Shown: one piece after another, positions 25,520 to 37,690 of the stretch | Layout: each line of letters begins with the position of its first letter | Position numbering within the stretch: the first letter of the stretch is position 1 | NCBI RefSeq assembly: GCF_006345805.1 | Contig: NC_043007.1 | Span: 20,212,001-20,276,000, forward strand | DNA: 64,000 nucleotides | From: Octopus sinensis | Taxonomy: Eukaryota | Direction of reading: 5' to 3' | Notes under the pieces: model-generated | Databases searched by the model: none | Seen by the model: the letters and a program-made list of their open reading frames with translations, nothing else | What the model was told of the DNA's origin: nothing | Position numbers and translations under genes: made by a program

Positions 25520-26400
25520 CTTCTATCAACTGACTCTTATTCCCCCTCTGTATATACTACTATGTCTATCTATTTTATCTCTTACTCCTCTCTCTATACT
25601 ACTAAGCCTTTCTATTTTATCTCTTACTCCTCCTCTCTATATACTACTATGCCTATCAATTTTATCTCCTCCTCCTCTTCTCTCTATACTACTATGCCTA
25701 TCAATTTTATCTCCTACTCCTCCTCTCTCTATACTACTAAGCCTATCTTTTTATCTCTTACTCCTCCTCTCTATATACTACTAAGCCTATCTATTTTCAC
25801 CTCTTACTCCTCCTCCTTCTATACTCCTAAACCTATCTATTCTATCTCTTACTCCTCCTCTCTCTATACTACTAAGCCTATCTATTTTATCTCTTACTCC
25901 TCCTCTCTCTAAACTACTAAGTCTATCTATTTTATCTCTTACTCCTTCTCTCTATATACTACTAAGCCTATCTATTTTACTCCTCCTCTTTCTATATTAC
26001 TTAGCCTATCTTTTTTATCTCTTACTCCTCCTCTGTCTATACTACTATGCCTATCTATTTTATCTCTTACTCGTCCTCTCTCTATACTACTAAGCCTATC
26101 TATTTTACCTCTTACTCCTCCTCTCTCTATACTACTAAGCCTATCTATTTTATCTCTTACTTCTCAACAACCTTAATCCTATCTATTTCCCCCTCTTACT
26201 CCTCCTCCGTCTATAGATCTAATCCTATCTATTCTACTTCTCATTCCCCCTCCTTCTAAACTCCTAATCCTATCTATTTCCCCCTCTTACTTCCCCTCCT
26301 TCTATAGTCCCAATCCTATCTATTCTACCTCTCATTCCCCCTCCTTCTATACTCCTAATCCCACCTATTCTATCTCTTACTCATCCTCCTACGATATAAT
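25520..26400. repeat. About 45-bp pyrimidine-rich minisatellite, about 20 degenerate units
   Basis: Unit TCTATTTTATCTCTTACTCCTCCTCTCTCTATACTACTAAGCCTA; G almost absent on the plus strand. Confidence 0.9.
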
Positions 26401-27157
26401 CAAATCCTTCCTCCTCATTCCTACTCTAACGCTGTATAGTATCCCCCACCACTACCAACATCGCCGCCACATCGCCCCTATTTAATTTCTCTCTTAATCT
26501 TACATCTATATTGCTTTGCATTCCTTCCTACACTAGGTGTTACTCTTGTTTCATTCTTACCCAATTGTTACAACATACATTACCTTGAAATGCATTTTAG
26601 GAAAATACTACACGACTTCTTTTCCTCTGAGGTTTCCTCTTTCAGTCTCCAGAAACTATATTTAGATACCTTTTTTTTTTTGCTCTGCTTATTTTTCTTT
26701 AAATCTTAAATCTTTACTTGTAATAAGCTTTCTATGCACTTGCTCATTCTTACCCACTCTTGTTTCCTGTATGGAAAGATTCTACACATTCCGAGGAAAA
26801 TGCTCTCCCTCGGCACTCAGGAATGTCTGCTTTCTTTTCCCTTCCAGCTTTAACAAGTTCTTTTCGAAAACATTGTTTTACAATCAGACTTTCTAAAATA
26901 TAAGTAAATCAGGAAAAAGAAAGCCAAACGCTCCAAACTTATATAGACATGTTTTACACTGAAATAATCTAGGTGTGTGTGAATGCGTGCGTGCGTACGT
27001 GTGGGTGGTTGTGCGTATGGATGTGTGTGAAACTGGCAGTGCACTGTAAACTATAATTTTTTTTACATGTACTGTAAACACAATAGTTACATAATGTATG
27101 TATATATATATACATACACAGACATACACACGCACGCACGCACACATATACACATCA

Positions 27158-27750
27158 TCATCCTCACCACCATTTAACGTCCGTTTTCCATGCTGGCATG
27201 AGTCGGACAATTTGACGGGCGCTGGCAAGCCAAAGGACTGCACCAAGCTCGGATGTCTGACGAAGGTAAAGAATACGCACGCTTAGGCGGCGAGCTGGCG
27301 GAAACGTTAGCACGCCAGGCGAAATTTCGTCTACCGTTACATTCTGAGTTCAAATTCCGCCGAGGTCGAATTTGCCTTTCATCCTTTCAGGGTCGATAAA
27401 TTAAGTACCACTTACGTAGTGGGGTCGATGTAATCGACTTAATTCGTTTGACTGTCCTTGTTCGTCACCTACGTTTAGCCCCTTGTGGGTAGTGAAGAAA
27501 TAGGTAAAGCATACGCACACTACCCACTTTCGGTATTTAGGGTTAGGGTTAAGTTTAGGGTTAGGGTTAAGTTTAGGGTCAGGTTTAGAGTTAGGGTTAT
27601 GCCGAAAACGGATGGTGTGCGTATTTTTTTACCTCCGCCGACTGCCTGGCATGGTTTCTAAGGTTGAATCCCCTTCCTAACACCAACCACTTTACAGAGT
27701 GTATTGAGTACTTTTCACGTGGCACCGTCGAAGTCTCCAAAGTAGCTTGC
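27158..27750. mobile_element. Three-level nest: RTE tail > TTAGGG mini-MITE > SINE B
   Basis: RTE family-2 tail split at about 27260/27640; mini-MITE TIR AGGTAAA(G/A)AATACGCACAC; SINE B at 27284-27503 duplicates AGGTAAAG(A/C)ATACGCAC. Confidence 0.7.
27538..27598 (+). repeat. Degenerate (TTAGGG)-like array inside mini-MITE
   Basis: TTTAGGGTTAGGGTTAAGTTTAGGGTTAGGGTTAAGTTTAGGGTCAGGTTTAGAGTTAGGG. Confidence 0.85.
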
Positions 27751-28402
27751 AAGACAAAGACCCCTTAACTAAGAGGGGGGAGTAATACTGAGGGAGGTGG
27801 CATTGTGCCAGATGATAAGTTAAAGAATGATAGAGGCAAAGAAGCCGGCGAGCTTCTTTTACTTATTTCAGTCATTTGACTGCAGCCATGCTGGAGCACT
27901 GCCTTTAATTGAACAAATTGACCCCAAGCTTTATTCTTTGTAAGCCTAGTACTTATTCTATTGGGCTCTTTTACCAAATCACTGAGTTACGGGGACGTAA
28001 ACATACCAACATTGGTTGTCAAGCACAAATACACATACATACATACATACATAATATATATATATATATTATATATATATTATATATATATATATATTTA
28101 TATACATATTCATATATAGATATATATATATATACATATTCATATATATATATATATATATATATTTAAGTAGTTGAATGAATTATCCTAGTATGGATAT
28201 TCGGTTAACCGATACCCGGGTGGCAAATTCACGTCAGAAAACACGGTTGAAGCTACATGCCAAGGGCAGAGATCACGTGCACCCTTTATTCCTCGGAATT
28301 GGGAATATGCAGTCTTCGAAACATATGTCGAGAATAAAGGAATTTTGTTAAATTGTCGTTCGACTCCATTCTTTGATTTATTTATATATATATATATATA
28401 TA

Positions 28403-28638
28403 TATCTGTAAATATAATATGTGACAATTATTCAGTAGCCAAGGTAAAACTCTGAGTTTCAGATGCTGGGGTGGAAATCCACACCACCATCTCTTCAGTT
28501 ATCTGGCCATCGGAAAAAAGGTGTTTTTCAAATGGCCAGATAACTGAAGGGATAGCAGCGTGGATTTCCACCTAGGCATCCAAAACTCAGAGTTTTACCT
28601 TGGCTACCAAATAATGTCACATATTATATTTACAGATA
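28403..28638. repeat. 236-bp palindrome made of two inverted hammerhead-like units
   Basis: Arms 28403-28510 and 28532-28638; each reads CTGAAG(A/G)...stem II...(G/A)AAACTCAGAGTT. Confidence 0.8.
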
Positions 28639-28703
28639 AATTTCCTCTATTTACTTAATATTGAGGTCTCTTTCTTTCTTTTGTTATCTTACCGTTTTTA
28701 CCA

Positions 28704-28737
<34 letters not shown>

Positions 28738-28748
28738 TATAATATATA

Positions 28749-28790
<42 letters not shown>

Positions 28791-28866
28791 CAAATAGGGT
28801 AATAACAAATTATTATTACCAGTGGCCTAGCACAAAAGACAAATTAGTCATCAGACAATATATATT

Positions 28867-29071
28867 ATATATATATATAATAAAAGGCTTCCAAATAAGG
28901 AAGCGTAGTGCTAGAGACACAAAAAGGGATAAATTCAAGGAAGGAATGAAAATCAAAACATTTATCTGTAATGGTAAATGTTTTTGATTTTCATTCCTTC
29001 CTTGAATTTATCCCTTTTTGTGTCTCTAGCACTAGCTTCCTTATTTGGGAGCTTTTTATTATATATATATA
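28867..29071. repeat. About 205-bp near-perfect palindrome in (TA)n
   Basis: Arms of about 98 bp around 10-nt loop TCTGTAATGG (28965-28974). Confidence 0.9.
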
Positions 29072-30232
29072 TGACAGACTTTTTTCAGTTTCTGTCAACC
29101 AAATTCACTTATAAAGCCTTGGTTGGGCCAAGGCTATAGTAGAAATAGCAGAAGACACTTGCCTAAGGTGCCTTACAGTAGGACTGAACCCAGAACCATG
29201 TGGTTGGGAAACAAGCTTCTTACCACACAGCCACTCCTGCGCCTAATATATATATATTTAAAAGATTGTATGTTATGGCTGGTCAGTAAATGACCATTGG
29301 TTTCACACATATAAAGGTGCTTAGCGGAACTAATGATCACTCTCTGACCAGCCATAACACGCAACCTTCTAAATATTTCTATACTTATGTGTTAGAGTCT
29401 AATTTTTTTTCCAGATATATGAACTACTGACCAATATGTGTGTGTGCGTGCGTGCGTGTGTGTGTGTGTGTGTATGTGTGTGTGTGAGTGAGAGTGAGGG
29501 GTGATTTGAGTTGGGGTACAGGATGGAGGGGATCATTTGTTGATGCGGTCAACATGAGTTGGGGAAAGTGGTAACAATGAAGGACGAATGCCAAATAAAA
29601 TGATCCAGGGGAGAGGAGGTGATGACTGGCAGTACAGAAAGGGTGAAGAGCAGCAGACTAATAATAAAACAGTTGATAGACAGGGGAAGGATGAGAGATA
29701 GGGAGAAGACAGATGCAGGTGGGTGAGTAAAGTGAGTGGAAGGGAGTGTGAGGTGTATAGTAATAATGGTAGAAGGGATCAGAAGTATGTAAGGGTGAAT
29801 GTTGTGAGTATGTATGTACGTATGTATGCAAATACATACATACATGCATACATACGTACGTACATACATACATATGTACATAACAGAGTGGAGGTGCAAT
29901 GGCCTACTAGTTAGGGCAGTGGACTTGCAGTCATAGGATTGTGGTTTCAATTCCCAGACTGGGTGTTGTGAGTGTTTATTGAGCAAGAACACCTAAAGCT
30001 GTATGTATATAGGGGTTTGACAAAAGAGATCCATAAACTAAGTGCCAGACTTCGAAAACCTGAACATTGGGGTCCAGTTGTTTCCCTAAACCCTCCAAGG
30101 TGGTGCTCCTGCATGGCCATAGTCCAAAGACCAAAACAAGTAAAAGATAAAGGATAAAAATGAACGACCAAGATATTATGTTTATGGTACCACCAGCACC
30201 AGGAAATTGTCTCACAGTACTTAGAGCCATTC

Positions 30233-30627
30233 TTTTACTTTTTACTTGTTTCAGTCATTTGACTGCGGCCATGCTGGAGCACCACCTTTAGTTGAGCAAA
30301 TCGACCCCGGGACTTATTCTTTGTAAGCCCAGTACTTATTCTATCGGTCTCTTTTGCCGAACCGCTAAGTGACGGGGACATAAACACACCAGCATCGGTT
30401 GTCAAGCAATGCTAGGGGGACAAACACAGACATACAAACACACACATATATATATATACATATATACAACAGGCTTCTTTCAGTTTCCGTCTACCAAATC
30501 CACTCACAAGGCATTGGTCGGCCCGGGGCTATAGCAGAAGACACTTGCCCAAGATGTCACGCAGTGGGACTGAACCCGGAAGCATGTGGTTGGTTAGCAA
30601 GCTGCTTACCACACAGCCACTCCTGCG
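30233..30627 (-). mobile_element. SINE family A
   Basis: Full reverse-complement copy. Confidence 0.85.
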
Positions 30628-31011
30628 CCGATTGGGACAATCATTTGCAATGACACATGCATCAATCACGCAGTGCTTCTGCTGCTTACCTCATATCTAT
30701 TTACTACTGTTTAGTGGGAAATTATTGTCTTTCCTTGGGATTCAGAGCTGTGGTGAGGACTGTTGACAAACCAAGGACACTCAAACTGGTAGGTTGGCTC
30801 CCTGTTGTCTCTGACGGCTACAGCTCTCATAACTAAGTGTATCTATTGCTTTATGTATGAACACAAACTTAAATTAATACCTGTAATCACTGAAGTAGGA
30901 TGGATGAAGACCGGTCCGGCCATTACGATTCTTCACTCAATCAAGAGGCTTAAGACACTGGGTCAACAATGATAATAATAATAAAGACGCACAAAGACAC
31001 CCACCCCCACA

Positions 31012-31356
31012 TTCATACATGCACACATACATACATACATACATACATACATTAATACAAACATACATACATACATATATACATGCATATATATACATCC
31101 ATACATACATTAATACATACATACATGCATATATACATACATGCATACATTAATACATACATACATACATACATACACACACATACACACACACATACAT
31201 ACATTAATACATACATACGTACATACATACACACACACACACATACATAGATACATACATGCATACATACATACATTCATACATTCATACATACATACAT
31301 ACATTCATACATACATACATACATATACATACATACATACACACGCATTCTTACAT

Positions 31357-31387
<31 letters not shown>

Positions 31388-31560
31388 TTCATACATACAT
31401 ACACACCCACCCACATTCATACATATATACATACATTCATACACACACACGCACATACATACATACATACAGACATTCATACATACATACATACATATAT
31501 ACAAACATACACACACAAATACATGCACATACATTCATACATACATACATACAAACACAC
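31012..31560. repeat. (CATA)n/(CA)n compound microsatellite
   Basis: Directly visible. Confidence 0.95.
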
Positions 31561-32004
31561 ATCTTATACTAATCCTTACTATAAATATCACACAATAAAA
31601 ATATATATACTTCTGTTGTCATTATCTTCACATAGTAATTACTACAATTCTCATTGAAGGTTCAAGAGCCAAGTCTATTTCTCTTGTCTATTTCTCTTGT
31701 TCGTGAGATTCATAATGGACTTTCTGGATGGCAAAAGATCATTTTTCTAAGTTCTAGGTTTACAGGCGATTTTTCAAGAGAAACAAAAGAACATTCTCTT
31801 TTTTTTTTTTTTGCCTCTGTTGTTTTATTTATTCAGCTAACGAACAACTTGATCTTTTGATATGAAGAGTTCTTTTTCACACTCTGCTGGAAATAGTCTT
31901 GTCAGGGAGTTACAAGATCATAGGAAGTGTTATCTTTTCGATATATTTCATGGAAATCTGCCAGTACATCTATGTCTGAATGTTTGTTTCCCTATCTTCT
32001 TACG

Positions 32005-32076
<72 letters not shown>

Positions 32077-32206
32077 TGTGTGCTTTTTCAGTTTATAATC
32101 TTTGCATTTCTATACGAAACCAATCTTCAGAAACAATGATACTTATTAAGATTAAGACTACAGCAACAATGTAGAGTTACATGCTGGATATGTGTATAAA
32201 ATAGCT

Positions 32207-32526
32207 TCTTCATCTCCTTCATCATCATCATTATCCTCCTCCTCCTCATCATCATCATCATTGTCGTCGTCGTCATCATCCTCATCGTCAATATCATCAT
32301 CATCACCACCACCACCATCATCGTCGTTATCATCACCACCACCACCATCATCATCATTATCATCGTCGTCGTCATCATCATCATCATCCTCATCGTCATC
32401 ATCATCATCATCATCACCACCACCATCATCATCATCCCCTTCATCATCATCATTATCCTCCTCCTCTTCATCATCATCATCATCACCACCACCACAACCA
32501 CCACCACCATCGTCATCATCATCATT
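32207..32526. repeat. (CAT/CCT/CAC/CGT)n trinucleotide mosaic extending an RTE tail
   Basis: In-phase trinucleotide mosaic abutting the RTE family-2 fragment at 32520-32700. Confidence 0.9.
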
Positions 32527-32699
32527 CAATGTCTGTTTTCCTTACTGGCATGAGTTGGACCGATTGACTGCAGAGGCGAATATCTGCTTTAGCATGGTTT
32601 CTAAGGCTGGATACCCTTCCTAAATACAACCACTTTACAGAGTCTACAGGGTGCTTTTTATGTGGCACCAGCACCAGAGAGGTCACCAAGTAACTTACA

Positions 32700-33030
32700 A
32701 GACAAGACACCTCAACTGAGTGCGGTAAGTGTAGTAGCCGAGCACCTCACAAACACATGTACCCTTAACATAGTTCTTGGGGAGATTCAACGTGACACAG
32801 CGTGTGACAAGGCTGGCCCTTTGAAATAAAGGTACAACAGAAACAGGAAGAAGGAGTAAGAGTAAGTTATGGTGAAAGAGTACAGCAGGGCTCACCACAA
32901 CCCCCTGCCGGAACCTCATGGAGCTTTAGGTGTTTTCGCTCAATAAACACTCAACGCCCGGTCTGGGAATTGAAACCATGATCCCACAGTCACGAGTCCA
33001 CTGCCATAACCACTGGGCCATTGCACCTCC
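32700..33030 (-). mobile_element. tRNA-headed SINE family C variant
   Basis: Reverse complement of GGAGGTGCAATGGCCCAGTGG head at 33030. Confidence 0.7.
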
Positions 33031-33347
33031 ACACACACACATATACGAAATTAGGATAAAATCATTATCTAATGATTTATCAGTGGCCAGCATACATATA
33101 TGACTTGTTTTCACATTGTGTCCGTCTACCAAATTCACTCACAAGTCATTGCTTGGCTCAGGGATATAACAGAAGTGCCATACAATGGACTGAACCTGAA
33201 ACTATGGGTTACAAAGTAAGCTTTTTACCCACACAGCTATGCCTGCACCTTGCCATGCATCTTGCCTAAGCAAAATTAATGTCAGATAATAACCAATTTT
33301 GCATGGAATTGAAGAGAGTGTCATCCAAACCTGTTCACACAGTAGTG

Positions 33348-34030
33348 TCATCATCATCATCGTTTAACGTCCGTTTTCCATGCTAGCATGGGTTGGTCAG
33401 TTCGACCAGGGTCCGGGAAGCCAGGAGGCTGCACCAGGCTCCAGTCTGATCTGGCAGAGATTCTACAGCTGGATGCCCTTCCTAACGCCAACCACTTCGT
33501 GAGTGTAGTGGGTGCTTTTTACGTGCCACTGGCATGGAAACCAGTCAAGGTGGTGCTGGCAAACGGTCACGATCAGTTGGTGCTTTTTATGTGCCACTGG
33601 CACAGGTACCGGGGGAGGCTGGCAACGGTCACGATCAGTTGGTGCTTTTTATGTGTCACTGGCACAGGTACCGGGGGAGGCTGGCAACGGTCACGATCAG
33701 TTGGTGCTTTTTACGTGCCACCGGCACGGAAGCCAGTCATGGTGGTGCTGGCATCAACCATGTACGGATGGTGATTTTTACATGCTACTGGCACAGGTGC
33801 CAGGGGAGGCTGGCAATGGCCACGATCAGTTGGTGGCTTTTATGTGCCACCTACATGGGAGCCAGTCAAGGTGGTGCTGGCATCGACCACATACGGATGG
33901 TGCTTTTTATGTGCCAGGGGAGGCTGGCAACGGCTACGATCAGTTTTTACATACCACCAACACGGAAGCCAGTCAAGGCGGCGCTGGCATCAGCCACATA
34001 CAGATGGTGCTTTTTAGGTGCCACCGGCAA
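33348..34030 (-). mobile_element. RTE family-2 3'UTR with expanded about 60-bp repeat array
   Basis: Repeated GATCAGTTGGTGCTTTTTATGTGCCACTGGCACAGGTACCGGGGGAGGCTGGCAACGGTCAC-like units, about 8 copies. Confidence 0.85.
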
Positions 34031-34659
34031 TTTTATTCACAGAGTGAATTTAGCGAAGCTTAACATTTCAACATGGAGGTTGAAACATTTAGCTTGGTTC
34101 TTTTTAAAATTAATTATCACGTAGTAAGAGAAGGTGGGTGTGTGCCCATAACCTTTAGGCTCTTCCAACTGGTGAAGATGATACAAATATGAAGACGCAG
34201 TTTGGAGTTTAACATTTTCAAGTTTCTTGTTTGTCAATTAAGAATTTTATATTTTATTTATTTTGGAAGTGATATTTTTTATGACTGCCAAACAACAACT
34301 AACTTCAACCACAGTAACGTTTTTTTAACTTTGCTGACATACATACATATATATGTATACACACGTATGCATAACCCCCACACACATACACATATTGCAT
34401 ATCTGCATATTTTCATAGACAAGTAGACCCACACCCACACATATATTTGAAAAAAATGTTTTAAGAAAAGATTGTTGATACAGTCATAATATTTGAAGAC
34501 AATTTTTTTTTTCTAAATTAAAAGTTATTAATTATATTTTTTTTTAAATCTTCAAACGTAACAAAATGATACACACACATACATCTAGCCATAAAAAATC
34601 TACCTCAATAAACTGTGATGATGAAGATGATGATGATCATCATCATCATCTTCACATAT

Positions 34660-34802
34660 CTGCATGTGTATGTGTGTATATATATTATATATGTGTGTGT
34701 CTGTGTGTGTGTATGCATATACATACACATACATATATATATGTGTGTGTGTATATATATATATATATACACACACACATACATGCATACATATATATAT
34801 AC

Positions 34803-34881
<79 letters not shown>

Positions 34882-34979
34882 AATATATTTATTTATATAT
34901 ATAAATATATATTATATATATATATACACATACATATATATATAATATATATACATATATATATACACATACATACATG

Positions 34980-35049
<70 letters not shown>

Positions 35050-35095
35050 GTACGTATGTATGTATGTATGTATGTACATATGTATATGTGTGTAT
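34660..35095. repeat. (TA)n/(CA)n/(TG)n compound microsatellite
   Basis: Directly visible. Confidence 0.95.
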
Positions 35096-35230
35096 ATCTA
35101 GCTGTAGAAACCATGCCAAAGGGAAACAGCAGAGCTTGGCGCAGTCTTCTGACTTGCCAGTTCCTGTCAAACTGTTCAACCCATGCCAGCATGGAAAACA
35201 GTTGCTGATGCTGCTGTTGCTGTTGCTTCT

Positions 35231-35261
<31 letters not shown>

Positions 35262-35794
35262 CTGATGATGATGATGGTTAACCATCCGCTGATTGTTGGA
35301 CTTTAGGAAGAGCCACAATGATACACAATTATCTCATCGAGTTTCACTTCACAAATCTTCCTGCGGCAACCCAGGAAGACCTAATTATATCAGAACAGCA
35401 AAAGAAAAAGCCAGGCCGCAGACTGCCTCACTAAATTTACATGGTATTTAGCAATTTTGGTGCAGTTTAATGACCTACACTTTGATAAGACAAGTTGACC
35501 TCAATCAATGGCATTTCATTTGTGATACCAATGAATAAGTCTATCTAGTATTCCTAACCTACTAACCAATCTGTCTGTCTGTCTGTCTGCCCATCCATCT
35601 GTTCGTCTGTCTGTCCATCTGTCCATGAATCCATGTTGGTCTTTCTGTTTGTCTCTGTTTCTCTGCTTGTTCATCTATATAGCATCAGCATCATCATTTA
35701 ATGTCTGTTTTCCATACTAGCATGGGTCGGATGGTTTGACAGGAGCTGTACCAGGTTCCATTATCTGTTTTGGCATGGTCTTGTGAAAACTAAC

Positions 35795-35892
35795 TCTTCT
35801 TTTTTCCAAGCTGGGATTCAAAACCAAATCTAAGGATTCTCGCTCATCTGATCCACCACTGACCAAACAGGTGCGAAAGAAATTTCTTTCTC
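35795..35892 (-). CDS. Candidate 98-bp exon
   Basis: Acceptor ATAATTTTTTGACAG, donor AGA|GTTAGT, open frame GERNFFRTCLVSGGSDERESLDLVLNPSLEKRR; a competing plus-strand model (35811-35870) also has good splice sites. Confidence 0.3.
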
Positions 35893-36014
35893 CTGTCAAA
35901 AAATTATGGATGGTCTCCTTTTGACCTTCAACCTCAGCTGTGTCATTTAAGGTCCAAGTGGACCGGAGGCGACCTACATAGGTAGGAATTTGTCCTGTGG
36001 TATGTCTGTCCTTC

Positions 36015-36232
36015 TAAGGTGGCAAGCTGGCAGAAACGTTAGCACGTCAGGCGAGATGCTTAGCGGTATTTCGTCTGCCATTACGTTCTGAGTTCAAATT
36101 CCTCCGAGGTCGACTTTGCCTTTCATCCTTTCAGGGTCGATTAAATAAGTACCAGTTACGTAGTGGGGTCGATATAATCGACTTAATCCGTTTCTCTGTC
36201 CTTGTTTGTCCTCTCTGTGTTTAGCCCCTTAT
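36015..36232 (+). mobile_element. SINE family B
   Basis: Full copy with TSD GGTAT(G/A)TCTGTCCTTCTA. Confidence 0.85.
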
Positions 36233-36781
36233 AGGTATATCTGTCCTTCTAGCTGTCACGACCATAATAAATACAGCAGTCCATCAAAGGATGAGATACA
36301 GTCAAAGAAAGAGAAAGAAACAGCCAGCCAGTAACTTCACCAATTAAGCAGGCAACACAGATCCAGATATTCAACATGACCGACAGCAGTAGTCGCAGAA
36401 CATAAACACACACCACTGAATGACCAATACACACACACAGACACAAAACATGTCTGGTTCTACCTTATCACATCACAGTATTTACCCTGTTAATTTCTTC
36501 TTGACCAGCTCAAAGCAAGTTGCTAATGTGATGTAGTGAAATATTTTGTGTATACAACAAGTAAATGCAAGTGTCGTTTAAAGTCTCTATGGCTGGATAC
36601 CCTCCCTAACAGCATTCACTTTACAAAGTGTACTGGGTGCTTTTTATGTGCCACCAACACAGGTGCTTTTTACATGGTACAAGCATCTATGATTTTTACA
36701 TGGCCCCAGCACAAGTACATTGATCAAATGCCTATTTTGGCTGTCTCCACATGTATATTCAGCTGGTGGTTGGAAACAAAG

Positions 36782-37435
36782 CAAAGGATGATTCGTCCAA
36801 GAAAATAACATTCTTCCACTGCTCTAGAGACCAATACTGTAGGTTTTTACTCCACTCTAAACGCTTTACAACGTTTGTTTTTGAAAGTAGTGGTTTTATG
36901 ATTGCAGTCCTTCCATGAAATCTGGCTTTGTGCAGCTCCCGTCAAACAGTTTTTGTGAAAACTGGGTTCACAAGGTGGTCATTAAACTCTGTAGTAATTT
37001 TGGAAGCTGTACTTTTGTGATCTTTTCTAACAATTCGTGTAAGAGTCTGATGGTCCCTATCTGAAAGTTTTGGTTTTCTTCCAGAGTTTTGTTTTGACGA
37101 GGAGGTTTTTTCCTCTTTCTCAAAGGCTGTCATTACTTTCGAGACAGTACTTCTTGATACACTAAAAATTTCAGCTGTTTTCGTTATGCTAGCACCTGTC
37201 ATGCAAGAACCAACAATTTGACCTCTTTGAAGGTCCAATAGATTTGTAATTTTAATGAATTTTAATTACCTTTTTCTGATGATATCTGAAACGAAACTGC
37301 AATTTTAGCAAAACATTAAGCAACACTAATAATAAATCAAACAACAAAAATAAACAAGCTTTTGACAGTTTTATAGATATATCGAAATTATGATGCTATG
37401 ATGTTAGGTGTTTCCATTATTTTGTCCAACCCCTG
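36782..37435 (-). mobile_element. Tc1-like transposon, 5' half
   Basis: TA + TIR CAGGGGTTGGACAAAATAATGGAAACACC at 37435; encodes HTH region QRGQIVG...GRKPKLSDRD and continues to WKNVIFLDESSF (first catalytic Asp); in-frame stop at 36942. Confidence 0.9.
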
Positions 37436-37461
37436 TATATTTATGTAGTACTATATATATT

Positions 37462-37690
37462 TTTGTATTGCCCACAGGGAGCTAAACACAGAGGAGACAA
37501 ACAAGGACAGACAAAGGGCTTACGTCGGTTACATCAACCCCAGTGCGTAACTCGTACTTAATTTATCGACCCCGAAAGGATGAAAGGCAGAGTCGACCTC
37601 GGCAGAATTTGAACTCAGAACATAATAATGGCAGCCAAAATGCTGCTAAGCCTTTCGCCCGACATGCTAACGATTCTGCCAGCTTGCCGC
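37462..37690 (-). mobile_element. SINE family B
   Basis: Full reverse-complement copy. Confidence 0.8.

Noticed and set aside
27538-27598. True telomere or chromosome-fusion scar
   Set aside because: Short, degenerate and enclosed by TIRs
30893-30950. SH3- or DnaB-like peptide KNRNGRTGLHPSYF on the minus strand
   Set aside because: In-frame stop immediately upstream and no credible acceptor
32127-32623. Poly-Asp/Gly, poly-Ser and poly-Met ORFs
   Set aside because: Translations of a trinucleotide mosaic extending an RTE (GAT)n tail; no unique coding flank
33388-34124. 128-196-aa repetitive ORFs
   Set aside because: Read-through of the RTE 3'UTR repeat array, open in several frames
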